Positions 56,446-64,000 of a stretch of DNA of 64,000 nucleotides are shown here, one piece after another. Under the pieces are notes generated by a model, which saw only the letters and a list, made by a program, of their open reading frames with translations, made no database searches and had not been told where the DNA came from. Source of the stretch: an uncultured Methanosarcinales archaeon (GTDB lineage Archaea; Nanobdellota; Nanobdellia; Woesearchaeales; ARS49); NCBI GenBank assembly GCA_964572035.1, contig CAZNDX010000002.1, positions 63,007 through 127,006 on the forward strand, written 5' to 3'. The first letter of the stretch is position 1. Every line of letters begins with the position of its first letter. The position numbers were made by a program, and so were the translations under genes.

Positions 56446-58101
56446 ATGGCAAAAGGGAGTGATTTTCTAATAGCTTACGGCTTTGGAAAAAGCACAATTG
56501 AGTTTGAGCATGACGGCAAAAAGCAGACTGTCAAAATAGAAGGAAAAACTCCCGAAGACAAACTGAGCTTCATTCGCAAAAAAAGGGACGAACTCGGCGG
56601 AGCGGCCGGAGCGTTCAACTCAGCGCTAGAAAAGGCAGCGGAGCACGAAACAATCGAAGCCAGCAGAGACCAAATGATGGTTTCAGACTATCCAAAACCA
56701 ATAACGCGCTATTTTATTTCACTGGAAACGCCCGGTAAAAACATAGAAGAATACTATTTTTGGTGCCTCAACATGATGGGCGACTCAGGATTCCCAATAG
56801 TCGATAAAATACAAGACGTATTCACGGCGTCAGAACACTCAAGTTTTTACGGATCAGGAGCTCAAAGACTGAATTTCGCTCAGGACAAGGCCACACAATA
56901 CCTGGCGACAATCGGAAAAATGGTCAAAGACTTATTCCAAATAGTCCGCGAACTGCGAATCATAGACGAACACTTGGAACTTTACTACAAAGCACTCGGC
57001 TACAAACTTGATGACAAAAAAAGACCATCAAAAAACAAAGAAGGCAAATATGTAATGGGGGAGAGAGACGTTTCATCCGAAATCGCGCTCAAAGGAATGT
57101 GGGTGGACATGATAGACGGAGTAGTCGGCGGGCAAAGAACAGGCGCAAACATATTCACAATGGCTCAACAACTGCAATTCACATCACTTCCTGATTTGTT
57201 CTTTAACATAAACCCAAAAGACGGACAAAGCGTTGACAAAGCGGTAGAAGAACAGGCGAAAGAGTTCAATGACGTTGTAAAAAACGCGCTGCGAAGAAAA
57301 CTCGCTCAATATCTCGCATGGAGAGATGCCACATTCAAAGAACATGTACACAGAAGACAATTCACAATCAAATACCTTAGACAACATTATGACGTGATCA
57401 AACTTTACATGGCGTGGCTAAAACCCTTCCTGAACCACGCAAAACGATTATCGGCAAAACAAGAATTGCTGAACAACCCTCGATTAATCGCAGCGTTCGA
57501 AAGCAGTCTAGTGGAAATAGAAGTACTTGGAAGAAATCTGCCACAAGGAAACAAAGACTGCTACGCGTGCTTATTGATGAATTTTGAATACGAAACAAGA
57601 CCACAACTACAATTCCAAGCAGAAGGATACCAAAGAGGACCAATCCATCTCGGCACAACAAGAATAACCTGGCGAAACTACGCGTGGACAATGGACCAAA
57701 TCAAAAATTATCGCTCAATGCGTGAAAGAATGGACTTTGAGGCATTGGCAGACATAGACGCGTCGCTTCGCGAAGTAATGAACTCACTTGGCGATGACCT
57801 GATGAACTACATTAATGAAGTCTCTGTTGAATTAAACCTGCCAAAAGAAGAAAAGAAAAAAGAAAAAGAAACAATCGCTGGTCACATGAAAAAAATAAGC
57901 GAAGACGTCAAGCTAACATTTGGATTTGACATAGACAAAGCAATGAAAGGCATAACTGATTTTCTGCCAAAAAAAGATGAAAAAGCAATCAAGGCTGAAA
58001 AGGCATCAAGCGAAAAAAAGAGAGCGGCGGGAACATCAAAATTCTTAACATTCTTGCACTACAACATTTTCAAAAAAGCGCATGGACTGCTTTCTTGGTA
58101 G
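56446..58101 (+). CDS. Large hypothetical cytoplasmic protein
   Basis: 551-aa ORF with typical codon usage; no recognised domain. Confidence 0.85.
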   Translation: MAKGSDFLIAYGFGKSTIEFEHDGKKQTVKIEGKTPEDKLSFIRKKRDELGGAAGAFNSALEKAAEHETIEASRDQMMVSDYPKPITRYFISLETPGKNIEEYYFWCLNMMGDSGFPIVDKIQDVFTASEHSSFYGSGAQRLNFAQDKATQYLATIGKMVKDLFQIVRELRIIDEHLELYYKALGYKLDDKKRPSKNKEGKYVMGERDVSSEIALKGMWVDMIDGVVGGQRTGANIFTMAQQLQFTSLPDLFFNINPKDGQSVDKAVEEQAKEFNDVVKNALRRKLAQYLAWRDATFKEHVHRRQFTIKYLRQHYDVIKLYMAWLKPFLNHAKRLSAKQELLNNPRLIAAFESSLVEIEVLGRNLPQGNKDCYACLLMNFEYETRPQLQFQAEGYQRGPIHLGTTRITWRNYAWTMDQIKNYRSMRERMDFEALADIDASLREVMNSLGDDLMNYINEVSVELNLPKEEKKKEKETIAGHMKKISEDVKLTFGFDIDKAMKGITDFLPKKDEKAIKAEKASSEKKRAAGTSKFLTFLHYNIFKKAHGLLSW

Positions 58102-58133
58102 ATTTTATATAGCATTCTTGATTTTTATCGTCT

Positions 58134-58718
58134 ATGGCAGTGAATTTTGGCGACTTCGAAAAAATGCCCGCTGAAAAAAGGGCAAAAGAACTAAACGCAC
58201 TAATTGAAACGCTCAAAAAAGAAATAGAAAACGCCAAAAAAGAACTTTCTCAAAAAGAAAAAGATCTCTTGGACGCGCAAGAATTCTTAGCTAAATCAGA
58301 AAAAGAGGCAAGAATGCTTGAAGACGTAAGAACGCAAGGACTTGAGAAGAAAGCAGAAGAAAAACAAGAAACAAATACTGCCAAAAAACAAACAAAATCC
58401 CTTGAAGAAGAACTTGAAGGAGCACCAAGAATGAAAACACCGGAAGGCCAATCATATTTCGCCAACAAAACACTCGCTGACATTGACAAAATAACAACAT
58501 CAATCTATCAAAGACAGAAACAAACAGGAATTGAAACGGAAAACGACAGACGCGTATTCTACGAAGCGAGCAAAGAGCTAGAGGACAGGAGACGCAAACT
58601 TGAGGACGGAAGTTACGTCGCAGACAGAGACGCGCGAAAACACCTCGAACACGCTGAAGACCTAGTCAAAAAAGACTATGAGAAGCATAAAGAACAATAC
58701 AAAAGACACGTTTTATAA
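58134..58718 (+). CDS. Hypothetical coiled-coil protein
   Basis: 194-aa K/E-rich ORF. Confidence 0.8.
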   Translation: MAVNFGDFEKMPAEKRAKELNALIETLKKEIENAKKELSQKEKDLLDAQEFLAKSEKEARMLEDVRTQGLEKKAEEKQETNTAKKQTKSLEEELEGAPRMKTPEGQSYFANKTLADIDKITTSIYQRQKQTGIETENDRRVFYEASKELEDRRRKLEDGSYVADRDARKHLEHAEDLVKKDYEKHKEQYKRHVL

Positions 58719-58744
58719 CAATTCTATAGCAATTCTATAGCAAT
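58719..58744. repeat. 11-bp tandem repeat (CAATTCTATAG x2 + CAAT)
   Basis: Seen directly; immediately upstream of TTTATAAA at 58749-58756. Confidence 0.8.
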
Positions 58745-58779
58745 ATGATTTATAAACTCAAATAGCTATATCATATTCT

Positions 58780-60696
58780 ATGGTCGAGTTCAAAAAAGGC
58801 GGATATTACATGCCAATGGACAGGCAGTATTACTCTTCTGAAGACATTTCGCCAAAACTTGAAGACCCAATAGTTCCTATTTCAAAACTAGGAGAAACCG
58901 TGCCTGAATCGTTGGGCGGACGAAACATAATCCAAACAACACAGGCAGCGATAAGAGGCGGAGCCAGCACACTTCAACTGGTAGGAATGAGGCAGGGAAC
59001 ATCAGTCGTAACGGCGCCCGGAGCTATTGGAGCGAGATACGGACAAGAAGTCAGACAAGCACTGCGGGAAGTAATCGCGGCAGCGGGGCCTGACGTTAAT
59101 ATTGTTGGAATAGAAATGCCAACATCAATGAACAACTTCAACGGAATGACCCAGCGCGGATTTCAGGAACAGGCGAGAAGGGAAACTCTGTCTCAGGTTA
59201 AGGAAGCGATACAATTTGTCGCTGACATCAACAGAGGCGGCGGAGTTGACATGGTCTCATTTGAATTTGACAGGCCGCGGTCAAAACTAAAATCTGAAGA
59301 CCAAAAGCTGTTCGACATACACAGCGAAGAAAAAATGTTCTCAATGGTTGACGACAGAACAGGCGAAATGCAAAATTACAGAAAAACAAAAGGGCAAATG
59401 CTGCCTTATGTTAAGACGAAAGACGGATACAAGTCAACAAAAGAGCTTGTAGACGCGGGAAAAAAAGAATACGCAGATCCAATCACGGGGCTTCCAAAAC
59501 TAAACATGTTCACCTGGGAGGACTTTGAAGACTGGGCAAAAATGGAAAGAACAACACCGGAACAAAAATACATGGAAGTAGTAATGCAAAACCAAATTGA
59601 CCTGTCTCGAGGGCAATTGGCGGTTTATGAACAGAGGATGAGCGGCTTCAAAAATGAACTTGAGAAAGTAGAAGAACAACTCAAAACAGGAAAAACAATT
59701 GACTTAGAAAAAGACCCCGCCACAAGAACTGTGCGACAAATAGAGCGCGAACTAACCCACGATGAAAAAAAGGAACTTCAAGAGGAAGAAAGACGAATCA
59801 GACGACTCTACGAAGAATCACGAGACTCATACTTGGGAACACAGCAAAACATAGAGGAAGCCAAGCAATCAGTCCAACATTTAAAGCCAATAGAACAGTT
59901 CGCTCCTGAAAAAACAGCGCTATCTTACGCTGAAGCCGGACTTTACGCAATGCAGGAAAGCAACCAGCTTCGCGCCCAAGGCAAACTCAAAAAAGAACTT
60001 TACGTCGGACCAGAAATCGGGTGGCCTGACTATTACGGCGGACATCCTGATGAGTTCATCGCGATAATTCGCAAATCGCGAGACAAAATGGTGGACTTCC
60101 TGACAAAACCAAAAGTGGTTGATGAGGCATCAAAACAGGAAATCAAAAGTCCATACTACGACCCGCGAGTTTCCGTAAAAGAAGCGAAAGAACTCGCGAA
60201 CAAGCACATCGCAGGAACATTCGACACAAGCCACCTTGGAATGTGGTACAAACATTTCAAACCTGAACTTCCTGAAGAGCAACGACTAAAAGAATTCAAA
60301 AAATGGTACATGGAACAAGTTGACAAGATAGCTGACGCAAACGTTGTAGGAGGAATTCAAGTAGTGGACTCGCACTCAGGAGAACACGGACACCTTCCGC
60401 CCGGACAGGGAATCTTCCCAGTAATAGAGGCGACCAAACGATTCCAAGAAAAAGGATTCAAAGGATTTATAGTGTCAGAAGGACACGACGAAGAAACATT
60501 CGGGCAAGGACGCATCCGCACTAAACTCTGGGAAAGAATGGGCGGAAAAATAGGACAAGGATACTTCGGACAACCAGCAGCGTGGGGTCACATCGCGCCA
60601 AGCTATTTCGGAAGAACATACTCTCCAAAATTTATGTTCGGCTCATACGTGCCCAGCAACGACTTCAGACTCTGGAGCGAAGTCCCCCTCGAGTAA
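58780..60696 (+). CDS. Xylose-isomerase/AP-endonuclease-2-like TIM-barrel protein with coiled-coil insertion
   Basis: GPE, TFDTSH, DSHSGEHGHLPPGQG, VSEG metal-ligand pattern; central helical insert. Confidence 0.72.
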   Translation: MVEFKKGGYYMPMDRQYYSSEDISPKLEDPIVPISKLGETVPESLGGRNIIQTTQAAIRGGASTLQLVGMRQGTSVVTAPGAIGARYGQEVRQALREVIAAAGPDVNIVGIEMPTSMNNFNGMTQRGFQEQARRETLSQVKEAIQFVADINRGGGVDMVSFEFDRPRSKLKSEDQKLFDIHSEEKMFSMVDDRTGEMQNYRKTKGQMLPYVKTKDGYKSTKELVDAGKKEYADPITGLPKLNMFTWEDFEDWAKMERTTPEQKYMEVVMQNQIDLSRGQLAVYEQRMSGFKNELEKVEEQLKTGKTIDLEKDPATRTVRQIERELTHDEKKELQEEERRIRRLYEESRDSYLGTQQNIEEAKQSVQHLKPIEQFAPEKTALSYAEAGLYAMQESNQLRAQGKLKKELYVGPEIGWPDYYGGHPDEFIAIIRKSRDKMVDFLTKPKVVDEASKQEIKSPYYDPRVSVKEAKELANKHIAGTFDTSHLGMWYKHFKPELPEEQRLKEFKKWYMEQVDKIADANVVGGIQVVDSHSGEHGHLPPGQGIFPVIEATKRFQEKGFKGFIVSEGHDEETFGQGRIRTKLWERMGGKIGQGYFGQPAAWGHIAPSYFGRTYSPKFMFGSYVPSNDFRLWSEVPLE

Positions 60697-61044
60697 ATCG
60701 TCACACTCAATCTCCCGCAACGACTCGTAAAAACCAACAATATCGTTTTTAGGCAAAAACTCCTCATATTTTGGCTTTAAAAGATTCTCAATAAAATCTG
60801 AAACATTATCCACTTTTTTCACGGAAGCGGAATCATAAACCTTGCAAAGATATGAAAACTCATTAGACAATTCGTAATTGCTTTGTTCACTTAACAAAAT
60901 AATTTCCTCGGATTTATTTGACTGCTCAACAATATCGTCAATAGAATTCACGATAGGAGGAGGCTCATCGCCGTCAACCAAACCTGACTGCTCTGAATCA
61001 GAAGTTCTAAAAATTACGATAATCTCACCGCGACTGCCCAACAA
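60643..61044 (-). CDS. Hypothetical acidic protein
   Basis: 133-aa ORF, start uncertain. Confidence 0.5.
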   Translation of the reverse strand: MLGSRGEIIVIFRTSDSEQSGLVDGDEPPPIVNSIDDIVEQSNKSEEIILLSEQSNYELSNEFSYLCKVYDSASVKKVDNVSDFIENLLKPKYEEFLPKNDIVGFYESLREIECDDLLEGDFAPESEVVAGHV

Positions 61045-61516
61045 TCACTTTGCCGGCACAGACTAAAAACCATTCAAACTGAGTAAGGTATGATTTGGCT
61101 TGGCTGACTTTTTCCCGCTCCGCGTCGTCAAGCTTAATATATTCCCCACAGGAAGCGTTTTGCGCGCTCTCAAAACCAAGATTTGCCCCTTCTTTTATTG
61201 ACTCCTCAAAATGCTCCGTCTGAACATTATAAGACGCGCCAGCGGTTTCAGTTGTAAACCCTTTCTGGCCCTCATATTCCAAATGGGAATATGCCGGCAA
61301 TTCGCCGTTTTCATATCCTGCCGAAACGGAAACCTGATATTGCGGACTGTCAAAAGATTGAGGGTCAAGATTTTGCTCAACAACAGGCCTCAATTCTTCA
61401 GCGATTTCGTCAATAGAACTATGCGCCGCAGATTGAACAAGCCTAATTGCGCTAAAAACTTCTTCCGACTTGCCTCCAGATTCGTAAATCAAAACAAGAT
61501 TTTCCAATTCCCCCAT
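61025..61516 (-). CDS. Hypothetical acidic protein
   Basis: 163-aa ORF behind a TATA-like box. Confidence 0.6.
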   Translation of the reverse strand: MGELENLVLIYESGGKSEEVFSAIRLVQSAAHSSIDEIAEELRPVVEQNLDPQSFDSPQYQVSVSAGYENGELPAYSHLEYEGQKGFTTETAGASYNVQTEHFEESIKEGANLGFESAQNASCGEYIKLDDAEREKVSQAKSYLTQFEWFLVCAGKVIVGQSR

Positions 61517-61687
61517 GCAGTTTTTTAATTTTCAACCCATTATTAAGTTTTGCGATTGCACTGATTAATGACGAAACACAACATATGGAGCGCTTTTGAA
61601 TACAGGCGGTTTTGAAATTCTATAAGTAGTGTCTTCATTGCGTAGTGGCTCTAAAACATTTAAAACGCCCTCTTCTATTGGAAACGT

Positions 61688-62497
61688 ATGGATTTTCCTT
61701 TAAAGAAGCGAGAACACCGCAACATACCAAAATACAACATAAAAGACTTTGAGCTCGCACAAAAATTCGCGAACCTATGCAAAAAAGAACTTGGAGAACT
61801 TCTAAGGTCAGTAGTCCTTTTTGGAAGCACAGCCCGCGATGAAAAACCAATCAACAAAGAGCGAGACATTGACGTTCTGCTCATCATAAACGATTTAAGC
61901 ATAGTACTTGGAAACGAAGTAATACAAACATACAGAGTCATAGTTGAAAATTGCGCGAGCAAAGTCTCACGAAGACTGCATATCAATACGTTGAAGCTAA
62001 CAACATTTTGGGAATACGTGCGAAACGGAGACCCAATAGCAACAAACATGCTGCGCGACGGCGTGCCATTAATTGATGACGGAATATTTGAGCCCGCGCA
62101 AGAACTTTTACTTCAAGGAAGAATAAGGCCAAGCAAGGAAGCAATCTGGACATACTTCGCGAGAGCGCCAGCGACAATACACAACGCAGACTGGCACGTT
62201 CTTCAAGCGGCAATAGACCTTTATTGGGCGGTAGTTGACAGCGCGCATGCCGCCTTAATGAACACAGGAGCCATGCCGCCAACACCCGCGCACATAGCGG
62301 ACCTTATGCGAGAACACCTTGTTCGAACCGGCAGACTTCCAAAAAAATACGCCGATACAATGGAATTCTTTTACAAACTGCAAAAACAAATCAATTACAG
62401 ACAAATACCAAGAATATCAGGCAAGGAATACGACCATTACCACGCCCTTGCTGAAGACTTTGTCAAGGCGATGCAAAAATTTGTTGAGCTGAGGTAA
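61688..62497 (+). CDS. Minimal nucleotidyltransferase fused to HEPN-like domain
   Basis: VLFGSTARD..DIDVLLII; C-terminal LYWAVVDSAHAAL..H helical domain. Confidence 0.85.
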   Translation: MDFPLKKREHRNIPKYNIKDFELAQKFANLCKKELGELLRSVVLFGSTARDEKPINKERDIDVLLIINDLSIVLGNEVIQTYRVIVENCASKVSRRLHINTLKLTTFWEYVRNGDPIATNMLRDGVPLIDDGIFEPAQELLLQGRIRPSKEAIWTYFARAPATIHNADWHVLQAAIDLYWAVVDSAHAALMNTGAMPPTPAHIADLMREHLVRTGRLPKKYADTMEFFYKLQKQINYRQIPRISGKEYDHYHALAEDFVKAMQKFVELR

Positions 62498-62616
62498 TAA
62501 GGACAGTCTTAGAGCGCCAGGGCATCAACGCTAAAATTGTTACTTTCCAATAGCGAAATTTACGCAACCTTTAAATACTGAGCTTTCTTATTATGTAATG
62601 TTGTGGTGAGGACTTT

Positions 62617-62742
62617 ATGGAAACAAAAATGCTTAAGATGGTAAACGACTCTTGTTTTGGCAAGAAGCACGACCAAATTGAGCAATGCGAACACTGCTGG
62701 ATAAAACAAAGCTGCCTTGTCGTTTACCGCAACCGCAAATAA
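62617..62742 (+). CDS. Small four-Cys protein (41 aa; not in ORF track)
   Basis: GGTGAGG ribosome-binding site; METKMLKMVNDSCFGKKHDQIEQCEHCWIKQSCLVVYRNRK. Confidence 0.6.
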   Translation: METKMLKMVNDSCFGKKHDQIEQCEHCWIKQSCLVVYRNRK

Positions 62743-62744
62743 TT

Positions 62745-63575
62745 CTAGCTCACTTTAACCCTAAACATTGATGAATATCGCCCCGGCGGAGCGCTGACAT
62801 CCTTCAACGAAACGCGTACTTTTTTTTCCTCATTCGGCTGAACCGTGAACGACCCGTCCTCAATGTCCACATTCTCCTTCTCAATAACATTCCTGCCAAA
62901 AACCAAATCAGAAACGCGAACATCAACGACAACAGGATAATCGCGGTTATTCTTAACCACAAGAAATGAGTCTGGAGATAACTCCAGCTTGTCAGACACC
63001 TCCACAACAGGCGCGGAAACAGTTATGTCCGCTTCCACCAGTACGGGAACGCCTTCAAAGAAATTTGGTTCGGACTCAATGAAATCCTCGCTATTGTCGT
63101 TAGTGTCGTCAACTCTTAAAAGGGATTTGCCCTGAGAAACCATGGCTGCAGGCACGCCTTCCCACAAGTCATCCTCAATTTCCTCGCTGTCACCCCAGCC
63201 AACAGCATCTATAAAATTTCCAGACGAATCTTTAAGCGCGATGCCTGAATCAGAATTGCCAAGAGTCATGGTGTCTTCCAAATCGGCATCCCTCCACTCC
63301 GCGTCATCACGCTTGGTTGACCAGCCGGAGTCCGCGACAAGAAATGTTTTTCCGGGCTCAATAAACTCTCCCTGAGGAATTATAATATCAGTATTTGACG
63401 CTTCAGTCGCGATAACCCAATCAGACAAATCTATGACGGAAGAGCCCGTATTCTTTAGCTCAATAGCTTCCCCGCCACTTTCGGTGCCAACAGGGTCGTA
63501 AAGAACTTGAGAAATGACCACATTGGCAGATACGCAAACCGACAGCAAGAGAATCGCAATAATTTGTTTAATCAT
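62745..63575 (-). CDS. Secreted lamin-tail-domain protein
   Basis: VVISQVLYDP.G....EAIELKN.G...IDLS.W; LGNS; DTNDNSEDF. Confidence 0.85.
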   Translation of the reverse strand: MIKQIIAILLLSVCVSANVVISQVLYDPVGTESGGEAIELKNTGSSVIDLSDWVIATEASNTDIIIPQGEFIEPGKTFLVADSGWSTKRDDAEWRDADLEDTMTLGNSDSGIALKDSSGNFIDAVGWGDSEEIEDDLWEGVPAAMVSQGKSLLRVDDTNDNSEDFIESEPNFFEGVPVLVEADITVSAPVVEVSDKLELSPDSFLVVKNNRDYPVVVDVRVSDLVFGRNVIEKENVDIEDGSFTVQPNEEKKVRVSLKDVSAPPGRYSSMFRVKVS

Positions 63576-63724
63576 ATTATCACCGAAATAATGGTGTAAA
63601 AACGTTTTAAAGAAGTTTATGGAGAAGATTTTGAAATGATTTCAGAGGGGGATGAAAAAATTGCGGTAAAAATATGAGAATTTGAAAAAAGAATATGAAA
63701 AAAAGATATTAAAAAAATAAAAAA

Positions 63725-64000
63725 TTAATCGTGCTTCTTCTTCTGAAGAGCGATTATCATCGCTACAATTGCGCCCGCAATAAGAACTGAGAGCACAACC
63801 AAAAGTGCGATGTACGCTGGACTTTCAGTAAAGCTTGTTGAAGAGCTCTTCTGAGCAGCAGCTTTCGCCTGAGTTCCGGTTGGCTGAGGCGCGGTAGGAA
63901 CAACAACAGTTGAATCCTGCTTTGGCTCAGTCTTTGGAGTCTCAACGATTACTGGAGCTTCAGTCTCACACTTGTCAACGGTCAAGTCCGCTGAACCCTG
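63725..64000 (-). CDS. C-terminal end of a membrane-anchored surface protein (5' part outside window)
   Basis: Frame open to window end; Thr/Pro-rich linker, TM helix, KKKHD tail. Confidence 0.75.
   Translation of the reverse strand, partial: QGSADLTVDKCETEAPVIVETPKTEPKQDSTVVVPTAPQPTGTQAKAAAQKSSSTSFTESPAYIALLVVLSVLIAGAIVAMIIALQKKKHD

Noticed and set aside
1..64000. CRISPR array, rRNA, transposase or provirus
   Set aside because: No regularly spaced repeats, rRNA-like sequence or mobility genes were seen by eye

Overview
This 64 kb window is chromosomal DNA from a small-genome archaeon, most likely a DPANN/Woesearchaeota-type organism (inferred from gene content and style, not from a phylogeny). 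Housekeeping genes include a thermosome subunit, GluRS, the L7Ae-S28e-L24e-ndk cluster, EF-2, EF-1alpha, S10, GlmS, endonuclease III, a Ski2-like helicase and six tRNAs, one with a 13-nt intron. There are also many thiol-redox proteins, lipoproteins, pilin/prepilin peptidase genes and hypothetical proteins. I saw no rRNA, CRISPR array, transposase or integrase. The most notable signals are: (1) bacterial-type acyl-lipid genes in an archaeon, namely a PlsC acyltransferase with an adenylate-forming ligase, ADP-forming acyl-CoA synthetase alpha/beta and an MFS transporter, plus an intact Lgt next to lipobox proteins; (2) two tRNA genes each followed about 100 bp downstream by a second copy of their own 3' end, preceded or interrupted by GC-rich hairpins sharing a CCGCCA..TGGCG core; (3) a 19-aa Lys-rich micropeptide ending in CEFC directly upstream of a DsbD/CcdA-like gene; (4) a tandem pair of HIT proteins that both lack the catalytic His, between the prepilin peptidase and a pilin; (5) an EF-2 with an altered P-loop and switch I; (6) a k-turn-like structure in the L7Ae leader. 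All product calls come from motif recognition by eye; no database searches were run.
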